Origin: Phallusia mammillata
Lineage: Eukaryota
Direction of reading: 5' to 3'
Assembly: GCA_965637545.1 (NCBI GenBank)
Contig: OZ281496.1
Span: 13,578,001-13,642,000, forward strand
DNA length: 64,000 nucleotides
The first letter of the stretch is position 1, and the number at the start of each line of letters is the position of its first letter. Made by a program: the position numbers and the translations under genes. This document shows, piece after piece, positions 1 to 12,053 of this stretch. A model generated the notes under the pieces. The model saw nothing but the letters and a program-made list of their open reading frames with translations, ran no database searches and was not told the DNA's origin.

Positions 1-290
1 CGCTGCTTTAATCCGCCCACATTATGTGCTCTGGTTTCCAACAGGAAGTTAAATTGCTTCCTGTCTGACAAGAACGCCTGCGTTCGCCGCACAACAATAG
101 ACTTATTATGTGTGGAATGGCAAGGAAAGGCTTTGGAAAACTTTACTACATAGAAAATCGAGTTGGATGTAAGTTGCATGAAACTTAGACATACGATATG
201 ACTTTGCAAATGCGTACGCAACGATATGCGAAGTACCACTTGAATACCCGATGGAGCAGTTATTTTCGAAATGACTTAGTTGGTCTACGA

Positions 291-2721
291 CAGGGGTCGC
301 CAACCTTTACTACTTAAAGAGCCATTCTGACCCGTTTTACGCAGTACAGAAAACACTGGGAGCCGCAAATTTTTTTTTGGATTTGCCTTTCCAAATCAAT
401 GAACGAAAGCAGAAGAACGAAATAAAATGTATGCATGCAACAAAATTACGAAAAAAGACGTTGGGCAAAAGGCCGAAATGCCTAGTGTGATTTCTGCCCC
501 TGAACCTCAGAGCATAGCAACTGCACATCGGGGATGTATGTCGTCACCTTCATCTTTAAACAGGATTGTATGCTGTCATCTGTAAAGCGTGTGCGATGTT
601 TGTTTTTAATAAAGTTCATGTTGGAGAACACCTGCTCACATACATATGTGGACCCAAAAATCGACAGTACTCCAAATGCAAACTTTTTCATGTTTTCATA
701 TATGCCGGGGATAGCATTCCAAGTTTCAAACACAAGTTTGTCTGGTTTGGGGAGGCTTTCAATATCGCGCCATTTGTGATTCTGAGCCAAAACCGCCTTC
801 GGACGTAAAACATCTTCGAGGTCCGCTGTTAAATTCTTAAACTTGGAAACCCACATTTCTTTGTCGGCAATGTCAGCCAGATCCATGTCAAGATCAGGAG
901 GACTCGTACCTGGAAATGCAGTTAAGTTACACAGGGATGGATCGATACTTAAAGGAGTGACAGGGAAGGATAATGTGTTTTTTCCTCTCTGAACTCACTA
1001 AATCGTTTTCCAATCATTTATTTCGTGAGCTTCTCTAAATTCTCTTAAACTAGGGAAGTGTGACAGTGTACTTTTCTGTAAATCTCTTGCAAGGATTGTC
1101 AACTTCCGCTCGAATGCTAAAACCTCTTCCAACATGTGCAGGGCTGTGCGTCCTTTACCCTGAAGAGCTGTGTTCAGCGTATTTAAGTATGCTGTCATGT
1201 CTACCAAGAAATATAGCTTTTCTAGCCACTCTGGCTGTTCCAGCTCTGGAAATTTGAGCCCTTTGCTGACCAGGAAGGATTTTACTTCTTGCAGACACGC
1301 AGCAAAGCGTTTTAGCACCTCGCCTCTGGACAGCCATCGAACTTTGTTGTGCAGCAATAGATCAGAATAAGTGCTTTCCAGCTCGTCCAGTAACGAACGG
1401 AATTGGCGGTGATTCAATCCTTTTGCCAATATTTTATTGACAATCTGAATTACAACATTCATTACTTCTGTGCATTCTGAAGGAAATGTTTGAGCACACA
1501 GTGCCTCTTGGTGCAAGATGCAGTGAAATGCCAGTAACTTTCTATTCAGCGATTTCTGCAGTAAAGCTACAAAGCCCTTGTGTGCTCCTGTCATGCTAGG
1601 TGCCCCGTCTGTAGCCACTGACAGCAGGTGTGTGGTGTTTATTCCGTTGGTTCTTAAACAACTCAAGACAGCTTCACATACGTCTTCACCCCGTGTTTGG
1701 CCTTTTAGTGGTATCAACTCAATTAATTCTTCCTGTGGTCCAGTGGAGTTCACGTACCGGCAAAACAGCGCTATTTGTTCGATATCACCCCTGTCTTTTG
1801 ATTCATCGCAGGCGATTGAATAAGCCACTGCTGAATTGATGTCTTTTAGTTGCTTCCTGGTTATGTCTTTTGACATTTTTATGGTTCTGTCTTTGACGGT
1901 CTGTGATGAGAGGGGCATATCCCTTATTTTCTGCAAAATTTCTGTTTTGTTTTTAAAGTCCATAAAAAGATGTTCTGAAATCTTAATAAAAGACGCTTTC
2001 ATATATTCTCCATCTGTAAACGGCTTTCCGTGTCTGACTATTTCCTGCGCGGCGACAAAAGTAGCATATGTACTTGGATTTGCTGACTTCATCCATGTCT
2101 TAAAGTGTTTTTTACTCAAATCAGTCTTTCGCATCAGTTCCGAAACTGCCCTTTTTCTTTCATCACCATCGGGATATTTTTGAGCAAATGCTGCGTGTTT
2201 GTTCTCAAAATGTCTCACGACATTTGACTTTTTGTTATTGGCTAGTTTTTCGTGACAGATCAAGCATATTGGCAAACCAGTGCCATCAGCAGTAAAGGCA
2301 AATGCATCTGCCCACGCAGCATTAAATGTTCTGTTTTCTTCGGACACTTTTCTTTGATTTCTCCATGATGCACTGGGCGACTGGGTTGATTTTTCTGCAT
2401 TGCTGATTTTTGTACTTGATTGTTGGATAACTATTAACAAACAGGTATTGTTGCGCGCGCACACAACAACAAAAGCAGTATCTCACACTGTGTTAACGTG
2501 CGCGCCCCAATTTGGACATTTTATGGTATATAGGCATGATTGTAGCTAACTGCAAGACGCGGGTACTGTCATGTTATTGCACTAAAAATTTTATTGTCAA
2601 ATTGTTGGCATAAGCGTTATAGAATTTAAATTTGTAAACTTTTTGTAATTTTAAAACTGAGCCGCATCAGAGGGATCAAAGAGCCGCATGCGGCTCCGGA
2701 GCCGCGGGTTGGCGACCCCTG
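291..2721 (-). mobile_element. hAT DNA transposon (SPIN/GTF2IRD2/EPM2AIP1-like), near full length, inactivated
   Basis: Perfect 15-bp TIR CAGGGGTCGCCAACC (291-305) / GGTTGGCGACCCCTG (2707-2721) enclosing transposase ORFs. The 8-bp flanks differ (GTCTACGA vs TCTTAACC). Confidence 0.93.
482..2366 (-). pseudogene. hAT transposase pseudogene
   Basis: ORF 998-2464 has CLIC...RHF...H, DES, TDGAPSM, HCILHQEAL and RWLSRG motifs. ORF 482-886 has the C-terminal dimerisation motif FGSTYVCEQVFS. The likely ATG (2366) is out of frame with the long ORF, and a deletion plus a 1-bp frameshift lie near 975-1020. Confidence 0.9.
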
Positions 2722-4744
2722 TCTTAACCTGTGAACCATAGGGTTGAGCAATAGAAAATGGAACGACTGTGATGGGGCAAGTCAAATCAAGACGTGTTGC
2801 AGATGAAAGTTTGTGTTTTTGGAAACGACTACCATCATGCGGATGAAACTATCCCTTAAACCAGTAGATCTCAAACTGGGCGTCGCGATGCTGGTGCGTC
2901 GCAAGACTAAACAAACTTTTCGACATAGTACACCTCATGCGCCTGACTTTAGGAAACATGTAATTTAACTTTTATAATTTATAAAAAAACAAACAAATCG
3001 TGTAGGTGCTGTCCACTAGCCAAGCCATTGGAGTATATTGTTTATGCCATCGTGCTATTGCGTTTATTGTTCTGCTTATTCATGCATGATACGCCTACTA
3101 GGCGGTCTTTATTACTTGTCTTATTATTGCATATACGCCAATTAGGCGCTCACTTTTTTTATTGTCATTGCATGAGGCGTTTTTCTACACATTGCGAAAG
3201 AACGAACAATCGAAGCTTGTCGTAGCTTCCGAGCATGGCTCGATGCACGTACGTACTTTTATCACTTTCCCACGAGGAATGAATACTATTATACTTCATG
3301 CGAATAATTATTTACACCAATATACTCATGAGTCCCATCTCAATTTTAGGTTTTAGTTTCAACATGGCTAGCTTGGGGGCATTCCTATACATTAAAAACC
3401 CGAAATATATTTTCGTATTTCAAATCCTATACATTACAATCTAGTTGTATGCCATATTTTATAAAACATACTTTTTCTTCTGCAATTCGTCAAATACAGT
3501 CAGCCAAGACTACCGCTTCAATTGCCAAGTTTGTTGCCTGTCCAATTGTAACACATAATATTGAATTCGATTCTCAGGCAATAAATACGCTGCTCTACCG
3601 CAATTGCTATGTTCTATTGTTACACATTAAAACGTAGCAACGTATGTGTGAAATAGATGTCATTGTTAGCTTGGGAGGTTAAGGACGGTGGTAATACCTT
3701 TCTAATTTGTAGTGACGCGGTTATAACCTTGAGATTCATCAGCGACTATTAACATTAAAATCGATAACACTACACCGCTGTAGCGAATTAAGTCATACTA
3801 TTTCATTAAATCTAAAACGGTAAATTTGTAGAATCCAGTCAAGTATTTCATTTTGAATGGTTTTAGAAAACCCCTTTAAAAACTGTAAGTGTTTAGATGC
3901 AATATGAACTAATCCTTCAAAGAAGAGCTTCATCTTTGTCCTTGTGTCCACGTAAGTGATTTTCGAAGTCAGAACGAAATGCAGTCTATTATTTTGGAAA
4001 AATTTCAAGATTTTTTTTCACCTTTTCGTTGTGTTCAATAATTGAAAGTCTATATACCTCACTAAGTTGTTCCTTAATAATCACAGTTCCCAAAAGTGAA
4101 AGTGAAACTTTGTCCACATGCGTTTTTGACTCTTTTGGCTACATTTGTAAATCCATTTTTGTCCAGCATTTTTCATCACCTCCAAAGAGCAAACATGGAA
4201 AACAGAGCAGTGCATTTTCAACTTCACAACCACAAAGCCATTTTTTCTTTTGATACCATTCAGAATTAAAACTGCATATATATTTCTTGTTGTGGCTCAT
4301 TCCTGGCTGACTAAGTTGAATTTTAGGTGTTGGACGCCCTTTTTTCTTTATACTTACCTTTTCAGCACTTGATAACTGCGAAAACTTAAGTTGCTGAATC
4401 TCACTGACAGTCACCGAATGCGAATCTTGAAAAGCCATGATTTACCTTTAAATCAAAAAAGAATAACTGTCGAACTTAAGAATATGGTACACGGGTTTTG
4501 CTTTGGCACACAATAGACCTGGAACAGACGACTACATGCCGGATTGTCGTTTCACACGCTACGTGATTGGGGGAGCTACGTGAGCCGCAGCACCCTGTCG
4601 CCTACTTCGCCCCGCATGTAGCTTTTCCAAGTGCGCATGTACACAACTGCAAAACGTCATGAAACTGCACCCAGCATGGATAACTTATTAGCTTTTTATC
4701 CTTTTAAAAAAAAAGGTGACCAAGATGCAAATTATGCTGATTAT

Positions 4745-5432
4745 TAGGGCAATTATTTTTTGACTTGTCAAAAAAAGGGTCTAAATTTTTGGAATAAGTC
4801 AAAAATTGTCAAAATTGTTCACAAAGTCAAATTTTTTTACAAAGTTAAAATTGTTTACAAACTGCACTGTCGTGGTGTTGTAGAGGTTGCACTTTGAGTG
4901 AACTGTTCATTTTACACATTGTAGCCTACTTTGGTGAGTCCCAAGTCATTTTACTGCAGCTCTTGCTTCGGTTTTGCTATAGGTATTTCATGTATCTTTC
5001 GTTTAAACAAATGTATTGAATATTTTTCGTTGTTTCTTAGCTGCAGTTTTGGCAGTGATTTTTAATTGGCTCATTTCCCTTTTCAGAACAGGCTAGGTCT
5101 GTGTTCAGATTTTTGCCCTTCTGTTAGACTTTTGCTCTACAGCAGTGGTTCTTTAACCTTTTTCCTTGTTGCACCCCTTTCAAATCACTAACCAATTTTC
5201 GCTCCCCCTTCTGTAATTGCTTAAATAGAATAGGCCTAACCAACCTCCCTTGGGGGAGGGTGCACCCCAGGTTAAGAACCCCTGAGTAGCCTACGGCCAT
5301 ATTTTAACTTTATTTAAATACTTGGATTTTTCATAGGTCAAAATTTTGTAAAAAAAAAAGTTTTTTAAAGTCAAAATTTTCAATTTGTAGGTCAAAAGTT
5401 TTCGTTTTTTAGGTCAAAAAATAATCGCCCTA
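4745..5432. repeat. MITE-like ends TAGGGC(G/A)ATTATTTTTTGAC in inverted orientation
   Basis: Inverted ~20-bp ends at 4745 and 5432 with TTTTGAC subterminal repeats. The same end recurs at 45123 and 47908. No TSD seen. Confidence 0.6.
5143..5284. mobile_element. Small Charlie-type hAT MITE
   Basis: CAGTGGTTCTTTAACC ... GGTTAAGAACCCCTG ends; TSD not conserved. Confidence 0.6.
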
Positions 5433-6810
5433 CTTACGTATATTACTAACGAAAAAAAAATAAGTAAAAGTTACATGTAATAGGAGTATTAGGTAAAAAT
5501 ATTAGGGGGTGCTGCAGCCCCGCAGCACCCTAGTACGAGCCGCCACTGTTGGTTATTGATGTTTTACACTGTTCGTACGTATATACAACTCGTTTCTTAA
5601 CTTACTGTGATCACTGTTACCCTGCCGTTAAGTGCGCGTGAAGGCAAAAAATATAAAATATTAATAAAAATGAAATGACTGTTTTTTCATTTGGCTTTAG
5701 AGAGGGATACGTTCGACCACGCCACTTTGGATCTGTACATAAGTCCCTGTCTAGAGAAACCAGCGATAATCGAACATGGGCCGATCGTACATTTCCTGTC
5801 TTCCGCCAGTGACAAATCTATAGGGTATCTGCGATCAGCAAGTTTTGGGCCACGCTGTTCGACTAAGACTCGCACTAAAATTTCCGACTGGGTGCAACCA
5901 TTAGGAAAACAAGACTATTCAGTAACATCAAGCAAACTGCTTTATTCACGTTTCCCTTTTCTTTGTCTAAATACAATAAATTTGGTGCCTTACTTGCCAC
6001 TGAAACAAAAGAACCGTTTTTTCTTTCTTTCTAAGTCTCTCATATCTTCTGTTGTAACACTTGTTTTATAGGACGAATGTACAGGATATACAACTAAAAA
6101 TGAAACTTTGCGACAAACAGTTCTTCGTTTCCGCTATTTTTTCTTACTTTTATTTTTTTCTTTCAAGCAAACGTAGCTAAAAGGGCTTACATTGTATCTT
6201 GCAAAGCAATTTATGTTTTGTTGGCAGCAATTTTGCGAACTTTACACATTTTAAGGGTTGGGCTCTTTCAGGCTATTGATTTACAAAGGCAACAATCTAC
6301 GACCAACCAACAAAACAACTTTACATAAACAACCAAAGACCAGACCGCAGCAGATATTAACATCGTGTTGTCCACCATAGCATCAAAATTTGCTGGTACT
6401 GCTGTGTATTTTGTGTAAACTTACATTTTATGCCTAAACGTGACCGACTTACAATAAAATCAAACAGTTTTCACAGGTCAACTTCAAATTGCTGTCAGCA
6501 ACAGTCTGCAAAATATTGTGATGACGTGAAATTACATGTTCAAAAATTTTAAATTGTTGGGCCTTTACAATCCTTTGAGGAATTATTTGTCAGAGTGTGG
6601 TTCAATCACTTTCATCGTAACTTTACCAGTAATCAGTTTTAATTAGCCTTACAGGGTAGATTAGATTATGGTGTTACTAGCATTTGTTTTCACTACCAAA
6701 TACACAATTTAATGTTGCTGTCGAGTTCCATTCACTCCACATGCAATTAAATTATTTTTGGTGGAGGTTTGGACCTAACGCAAAGATAAGGAACTACAAA
6801 AAAAGATCCA

Positions 6811-6882
6811 GTTAAATACCTAGGTGTAATTTCAGATGGAAAAATGTCATGTGTTCCACACATACGCTACATTCAAAATAAA
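6811..6882 (+). pseudogene. LINE reverse transcriptase C-terminal relic
   Basis: Translates as VKYLGVISDGKMSCVPHIRYIQNK, matching the LINE KYLGV.LD.KL.W..HI motif. Confidence 0.5.
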
Positions 6883-7118
6883 ACTAAAGCCTTCCTTGCT
6901 GATTGCACTATTTCACGGTTTTGCTTGTTTCTCTTTTCATCATGTGCTTGATTTATTTTTACAGTGCTTCATGATTAGTTATTTTATTTGCTGATATGAC
7001 AGTTGCAATACCACTTCTTAACATACTTGTACGCACTACTCTTCTGCTACCGACAAATACAGATATTATTTCAAATAGTTGGGGTCAGCTACAAGTCATA
7101 ACCACGTATGCTTTAGGC

Positions 7119-8782
7119 CAGTGTTTCCCAGCCGGTGGTACGCGAACACCTTTTGGTATTTTGCGATTTCCGTATTTTTGCAAACAAGTCACAAGTGATA
7201 ACAAAATGTCTGTTACTGAATCCACCGGGTTACGTGATCCACCGGGTCCAACTAACCCATTTAAGGTGCCACCAGTACGGTATGCATTGTTTGAAAATAA
7301 TATGTCTTGGTTCTAATTATTTCGTGGTAACAATAACAAGCGTAGATATAATGCGCCTGTAGTTGAATTAGTGTGCTTGAGAGTTGTAGTTTACTGTAGA
7401 AAGTGCAATACAAACGTTTTACCAATTTGATTTCAAAAAAATGTCGAAGCGAAAGTATGACACGAGTTATCTAAAATATGGATTCGTAGAAATTGAACAC
7501 AGAGGCGAGGTTCTCCCGCAGTGCGTTGATTGCATGAAGACGCTCTCGAATAGTGCCATGAAACCAAGTCTGCTCAAGCGGCATCTTGAAACAACCATCC
7601 TACAAAAAAGGACCAAGATCTTAGCTTCTTTCAGCGCCTCGGATAAAAAGCTAAACAGCAACGCATTGATAAAACAGGCGGCGTGTACCAGAGTAGCTCT
7701 GGGAATGTAAAAGCTTCATTTGAATTTTTATCCTGGTTACCCAAACATGAAGGCGCATACAATTGCTGAGTCTCTTACTATGCCAGCGGCGAAAATCTTG
7801 ATTCGAAACGTGATCGGGGTGGAGGCGGAGGCCAAGTTGTCCAGTGTATCCCTGTCTAATAACACTGTGAAGCGTCGTATTGAGGAAATGTCTATCGACG
7901 TTGCCGACCAAGTTGTTGCAGCAGTGAGAACTTCAAAGTATGGGTTTGCAATTGAACTTTGAACTTGACGAATCCACGCGCCCAGTTACTGGTATATGTC
8001 CGATTTTAATGTTTTGAACGACTTTTTCAAGCGAAATGAACTAGAGTGGGGGAAGTTGGTTGGCTGCACGACTGATGGGGCTCCGGATATGCTTGGCCGT
8101 AAATCCGGATTTTAACCTCATGTAAAAGCTGTTTAGCCCTTTGCGCTAAAGTGCTGTCGCCAAATTTGTTAGCCTGTTTAAACCGGGTTGCAAAAATGGT
8201 TAATGCCTTTACTATACGGAGGTGCGTTGGCTTTCCCGAGGCGACGAGACGCCTTTCCGAACGGAAAGAAGAATTATACGTTTTTTCAAACAAAAGGGCC
8301 ATGAATTTAAAAAAGACAGGATAAAATGATTATCGTAAGGTTGGCTTACCACTCTGATATTTTTGGGGTCATCAACCACCTGAACCTATCAATGCAAGGA
8401 ACTGATTGCACTGTCACTCAGTTTATCTCAAGGCTACGGGCATTGGTGCGCAAGCTGGAACTTGGGTCAAATAACGTAAAAAACAAGCGCTATGGAATGT
8501 TCGAACTAATTAGTAATCTTCCGGGAGGCTACAAAAATGCCCCGGCCATGTTTCTGATGTGCAGTAAGCAAAGTTGTGCCCCGGATCGATCGACTTGTAG
8601 AAGGCAAACAAATACAGATTTCTCAATAAATTTATCTGTTATTCATTTTTACTTCTTTGTTAGATTTGCATTAGTCGATTCGGGAAATAAAAAAGAAAAT
8701 ACTTTTCTAAAAACAAGTGGTAAGTGGCAACAATGCGTTGCCTTCAAGTGGTACGCGACCACAAAAAGGTTGGGAACCACTG
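7119..8782 (+). mobile_element. Charlie/ZBED5-like hAT, internally deleted
   Basis: TIR CAGTGTTTCCCAGCC / GGTTGGGAACCACTG; 8-bp TSD CTTTAGGC vs CTTTAAGC (7/8). Confidence 0.88.
7441..8520 (+). pseudogene. Charlie/ZBED5-like transposase pseudogene
   Basis: KRKYDTSYLKYGF...PQCVDC...MKPSLLKRHLET, AHTIAESL, LSNNTVKRRI, TDGAP and LAYHSDIF...LNLSMQG across several frames. Confidence 0.85.
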
Positions 8783-9339
8783 CTTTAAGCTGATCCTTTT
8801 TTGTTTGCAACGCTTTGACATGTTCCGTTTATTGTGAATTACTTGTGGGCGCTGTAAACAAAGTAAAATTGAATTGTTAAAGTTTAATCCCAAAGAACAA
8901 TACACTTTGAAAGATTTACGGACATAGTAGTAATCAACTTTTAGTTTAAACACAACATATGTCAAGGTTACAAACCACATGTTGTATTTGAGTAATAAAT
9001 AAACTGAAGTTGTTGAAATTTGGAATTCTTTAGTTGCTTTTTCCGCTCCTTCCATAGATGAAACACACTATAAAAATCCAGTCGAGCTTCAGTTTGTATC
9101 TTCTTTTTGGCGAATTTCATACATATGTATATACTTGTACAGGTGTGTAACTTTTCGACATAGTTTTTTATAGAATCATCATTTTTTGTTTTCTGCTTTC
9201 TTCAGTTCCTAAACATGGTTTACAATGACAAAGGCAGAAAATTAACAGTTACGTGCTTAAACATGCTTGCCAATCTTACACCATCAAATATTGAACTTCT
9301 CTACGCAACAGTGAATCATTGAATGACAAAGCTTGCATG

Positions 9340-9600
9340 ATGTTGTGATGCTACTGGTTGAACTTCTGCTAAAAACACCTGAAAGGTTAACAATATTTTA
9401 CTTTCTTTCAAAACATTTAGCTATACAAAGACACTCAATGGTATATAAACCTTGCAAATCATCTTGTTGTTGTGATGACACTGGTTGAACATCTGTTAAA
9501 AGCAATTGAAAGGTTAACCATACTTTATTTTTTCTTCAAACATTTAACTGTACAGAGATATTCAATAGAACAAGCTATCAAATCATCTTGTTGCTTGCTA
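9340..9600. repeat. Diverged ~127-bp tandem repeat (about 2.2 units)
   Basis: TGTTGTGATG...CTGGTTGAAC...TGAAAGGTTAAC at 9341 and 9468, partial third unit near 9575. Confidence 0.75.
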
Positions 9601-10248
9601 AACACAATTAAAAATGTAACCATACACTGAAAAAGTATATTTAATATACGGTAAGCGCAAAGCATACACAACACTTTCCAAATGTTAAGGCAAGCTTTTC
9701 CAACCCGACGTGGGTGTTGTGCATTATATACTTGGTCACCGCTAGAGTTGAAAAATGCGGAAATGAACCTGTTGCTGCTAAGTTTTTGGTGACGTTGTTG
9801 GAAAAACTGGTGACTGCCCTGTAGGTTTTATCTTGTGAAACATCCAAGCCAACTGATGGTTTCAATGTCTTGTAATTAAACTGCATTCCAAACAATGCAC
9901 GCCGGTAGCCTTTCCTTCTGGACGGTCCACCACTAGAATTGAATAAATGTCCTTGTCGTTTTTTTCATAGTCCCGGAGCTCTCCAACGAGGAGACCAATC
10001 ATTACAGATGGTTTACAGCCTAGAAAATATCCCCATACAATAGTTACAGGTGTGTTTTTTTTCAATTTTGGATTCAGACATGACTTTAATTCTGTCAACT
10101 CTATTAAACCCTTCGTTTTTTTATATTGTAGTATGAGATTGTAGGCATTCTTTTACGGTGGACAGCTTTTTCTGGAGTTTTCTTTAGTGTAAAATTATCC
10201 TTTTTCTTTCTGCGTGCGCAAGGTCCATTGTGTCAGTATGCCCTAAAC

Positions 10249-10680
10249 CAGTGGTTCCCAACCTATGGGTCGGGACCCAAAGTTGGGTCGTCTAAACATT
10301 CTGTTGGGTCGCTTGTTTTAGTGACAATTACAGCATCTACTTTTTGACGCCTTGTAGCGTTACTTTTATATTACCCAGGGCTTTAAATTGTTGCCCAATC
10401 ACAACTTGTGGTGACGTCATAAAGTGATGTGTAGCTCACAGTAGAACGTTGTCTGGCTAATAATGCCTTGATTCAGCTCCAAGTTCGGAATAAATGGAAA
10501 TGTTTGGTCGTAAAAAACAACGTTATTGATGTGCTAGACGGGCGTAGTAATTTTCAAAAAGCTTTCCTAACGTACAGACAAAAATACAACTAAAATAGCA
10601 TGTCCATGGGTCGCGAGAAACCACAAAACTAAATTTTGGTAAGTATTTGGGTCGCGTTAAAAAAAGGTTGGGAGCTCGGA
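10249..10680. mobile_element. Charlie-type hAT MITE (right end degenerate)
   Basis: CAGTGGTTCCCAACC left end, GGGTCGCG subterminal motifs, AAAAAGGTTGGGA right end. Confidence 0.6.
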
Positions 10681-11370
10681 AATCAAACCAATTGTTTGTA
10701 TAAAATGTAAAGAAATTTAGTAACGTAGACAAAAATGCCACTTTTGATTAAACTTGACCTTCAAGGTTTAAGACCGGGCGAAAGGCTTTCCAATTTTCAT
10801 CATCTGTGTTTCTAACAACGTCTTCAAAACGCAGTGCTGCTGTCAAAATTATTACCAGGATGGATCTATTTCACGTCTCCTTACAAAAGTTAACATTTCG
10901 GGTGAAGTGAGTTCTGAACTTTTTGCCTAGTAAGGATGATTCAATCGAACGCCTTTTGCATCGTACTTATTCAATTTGATTTTCCTTTGTCGTCAAGAAC
11001 TGTTGGCAGCAGGGATTGCGTCGCATGGCCGCTTGGCACTTTGGTCAATTAAGCGTTTTTTTTTAGATGGGAACCAATACAGAGGTTTCCTACTCGCAGC
11101 ATGCCTTCATGATATAGAAATCGTGCTTACAATTGAAGCAAAAGAAATAGATTGAGTCTCTTTTTCTGCAGCCCTCCATAAAGCATACATATATATTATA
11201 ATTTGACGTTGGTAGAAATTTTCACATTACCTGTAAAACCCCAAAATAACTATACAAGATACGCTCCATTACGTTCAAACATGCGTCATCGCGCGGTGTT
11301 TTCGTTGCGTTGTGACGTGTTTGCGTTTCATTCTTTTTTTCCTTTGTTTATCGTGCACTGTTCTAGTCGC

Positions 11371-11420
11371 ATTCAGTGTTGAAGACGACCTGTATAGGAC
11401 GTCGAAACGTCGGAATAAAA
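11371..11420 (+). other. Degenerate Penelope-type hammerhead ribozyme relic
   Basis: GTGTTGA-A-GACGACCT-GTAT-AGGACGTC-GAAAC-GTC followed by AATAAA; homologous to the motif at 38701-38741. Confidence 0.45.
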
Positions 11421-11719
11421 TTACATTTGCCAGAAGAGCTCTACAAACTTGGTAAAAAACACTTTGGTTGTAATCTGGTAACATTAGTTACATAGTCTGA
11501 CAAACGTTCGTTCAGTCTTTGTGACCGCACACGGCCTTGAACTAAAACTTTCTTGATGTCTTTTTTGAAGAATTGTGTCATTGTAGTTATGTAAAAACCA
11601 AATGTATTTTGCCGGTTCCTCAACAAACATTAGTACCACGATTAAAACCGCCAAGGTATCCATTTTACAATTAACGTCACAGCGAACAAGCGGATTTTTT
11701 TGAATTTCTCACAATGCGA

Positions 11720-12053
11720 GGGTTACACTAAAACGCTAAATATTGCAGGACGTTGTGGCAGATGGCGGGACGTCGTGAAAACCGCTGAATATCGGGTTAA
11801 ATTGCTGGCGGTTAGTGCTATTAAGGTTGGAGTGAAACATTCCGCGGTCGAGACGTCTCGCAATCTCCCGCAATAGCATATTTTGCCGAATGTCAGGATC
11901 TATCTGAATAAGTTTTAGGCAGGGACATTTTTTATTCATATACTATTATACAACCTCAAACCAACCCTAATTGCACTACTAACCGTCAGCAATTTACCCG
12001 ATATTTAGCGGTTTCCGCGACGTCCCGTAATATTCAGCGTTTCAGTGTCACCC
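11720..12053. mobile_element. Long-inverted-repeat MITE
   Basis: Imperfect inverted arms of ~80-100 bp: GGGTTACACTAAAACGCTAAATATT...AATTGCTGGCGGTTAG vs the reverse complement at 11978-12053. Confidence 0.7.

Larger units (their letters stand above)
3793..5548 (-). mobile_element. ZMYM1-like hAT remnant, interrupted at 4745-5432
   Basis: TTF-type zinc finger FNSEWYQKKKWLC...LLCFPCLLF (4139-4438), SKTIQNEIL motif (3793-4008), terminus CAGTGGCGGCTCGT at 5548. Paralogous to 54466-55694. Confidence 0.75.

Noticed and set aside
534-2183. Many plus-strand 60-115-aa ORFs here and opposite other TEs
   Set aside because: Antisense shadows of transposase, RT or ZNF coding frames.
5691-6071. 126-aa plus-strand ORF
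   Set aside because: No recognisable motif, alternative start codon, low-complexity C-terminus; I cannot support it as a gene.
11897-11912. SL-like GATCTATCTGAATAAG (13/16)
   Set aside because: Three mismatches, inside a MITE, no downstream ORF or GT donor; compatible with chance in AT-rich DNA.
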